Source of the DNA: Flavobacteriales bacterium
GTDB lineage: Bacteria > Bacteroidota > Bacteroidia > Flavobacteriales_D > Sanyastnellaceae
Assembly: GCA_016722445.1 (NCBI GenBank)
Contig: JADKIZ010000017.1
Location: 21,853 to 85,852 of the forward strand
Length of the DNA: 64,000 bases
Reading direction: 5' to 3'
Below the pieces are notes generated by a model. It ran no database searches and was not told the DNA's origin. It was given only the letters and a program-made list of their open reading frames with translations. A program made the position numbers and the translations under genes. This document shows positions 63,108 to 64,000 of the stretch, in pieces; within the stretch, counting starts at the first letter, position 1, and each line of letters begins with the position of its first letter.

Positions 63108-64000
63108 ATGAGCAAAGAAGAATTACTATCAGATGATTTCTTGACAGTTCAGAACGGCGAGGAATTGAATTCATTCCTGCAACAATTAAGAAAACGTGGT
63201 GTAGAGCAGCTCCTTGAAGGTGAGTTGGATGCACATCTTGGTTATGAAAAGCATGAGCGTTCAGGCGCTAAAAATGCTCGAAATGGCCATAGCAAAAAGA
63301 CAATCAAAACAACTGAAGGTGAATTGAGTATTGACGTCCCCAGGGACCGGGAATCTTCATTTTCACCAGCTCTCGTTCCAAAGCGAAAGGGAATAGTTGA
63401 AGGAATTGAAAACGTTATCGTATCGCTGTATGCTAAGGGCATGTCGGTCAGCGATATCGAAGAACAAATCAGAGAAGTGTACAACTTTGATGTCTCTCCA
63501 TCGACTATCTCACGGACACAGATCGCATTTTCAAGACGTTGTTGCTTGGCAGAACAGACCGCCCGAACCTTTGTATCTCGTGGTCTGGATGGATGAATAG
63601 TGTTCAAAGTGAAGGTAAGGATCCAGGATGATCGATAAAACTGTTTTACAGCCATTGGCTTAGGTCTGGATGGAAAGAAGGAAGTGCTTGGGAATGTGGC
63701 TGATAAAATGAATCAGCATCTTTTGGCTTTCTGTACTTACCGATCTCAAGGCCAGAGGTGTGAAGGATATTCTTGTTACCGCCACTGATAACCTGAAAGG
63801 GGATTTCATAGAGACCATCAGATCTTTTCCAGAATCCACAAAACAAATTGATTGTCCATCAAATCAGAAATTCCTGCAAGTATGTTGGTTGGAAGGAAGA
63901 AAGAAGAGTTTTCTCAAGACATGAAACATATTTACAACGCACCTAATCGTGATGCATCCGTCTTGCCTGAACGAACTTGACAGCAAATGGGGAAGCAAAT
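63108..64000 (+). pseudogene. IS256-family (Mutator-type) transposase, frameshifted and decayed after residue ~160; truncated by the window end
   Basis: N-terminus 'LLEGELDAHLGYEKHERSGAKNARNGHSKKTIKTTEGELSIDVPRDRESSFSPALVPKRKG...SLYAKGMSVSDIEEQIREVY' is canonical IS256 TnpA. Downstream, fragments such as 'VLVTATDNLKGDFIETIRSF' appear in other frames. Confidence 0.8.
63108..64000 (+). mobile_element. IS256-family insertion sequence remnant (no inverted-repeat ends identified)
   Basis: Transposase pseudogene only. The left end is not defined. The adjacent AT-rich repetitive DNA (61.2-63.1 kb) suggests a decayed insertion hotspot. Confidence 0.5.

Noticed and set aside
1-64000. Prophage, integrase, toxin-antitoxin, restriction-modification, rRNA or tRNA genes
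   Set aside because: No integrase or recombinase motif, phage structural gene, tRNA-like cloverleaf sequence or rRNA-like conserved block was recognised on either strand by eye. A tRNAscan or Infernal run would be needed to rule out small RNAs.

Overview
This window reads as a Bacteroidota chromosomal segment, judging from type A and type B T9SS C-terminal sorting domains, SprB-type repeats, the split transketolase and the DUF1599-folP arrangement. Housekeeping genes (rpsA, rpoD, pnp, rpsO, tktN/tktC, folP, mutS2, aat, an ABC permease and an MFS pump) are interleaved with accessory genes. The accessory content includes four T9SS cargo proteins. The largest is a 2398-aa adhesin carrying about eight near-identical 276-bp tandem repeats. 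There is also a LytS-like sensor kinase with a propeller domain paired with a LytTR regulator, two SPFH/flotillin genes, an MBOAT plus SGNH acylation pair, a small PglC/DegT sugar cluster, and an IS256 remnant beside an AT-rich repetitive stretch at the 3' end. The most interesting region is at 9.9-12.3 kb. It holds three (probably really two) uncharacterized alpha-helical proteins, the last of which resembles the MukE/MksE/JetB KITE family. That would make it an orphan kleisin/KITE-like module with no SMC ATPase. It is followed immediately by an unusual TTCATAA heptamer tandem array of about 26 copies, with a short inverted arm 150 nt upstream. A second unusual noncoding locus at 16.9-17.4 kb is a roughly 500-bp composite palindromic repeat next to fragments of a secreted-protein gene. 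About 17 genes are split by frameshifts, and one has an in-frame stop. Some of these must be homopolymer sequencing errors, since the essential rpoD is affected at a ggg run. Others look like genuine lesions, for example an FKBP paralog that lacks about 35 codons. No CRISPR array, rRNA, tRNA or prophage was recognised. All functional calls come from motif recognition by eye and need HMM or BLAST confirmation.
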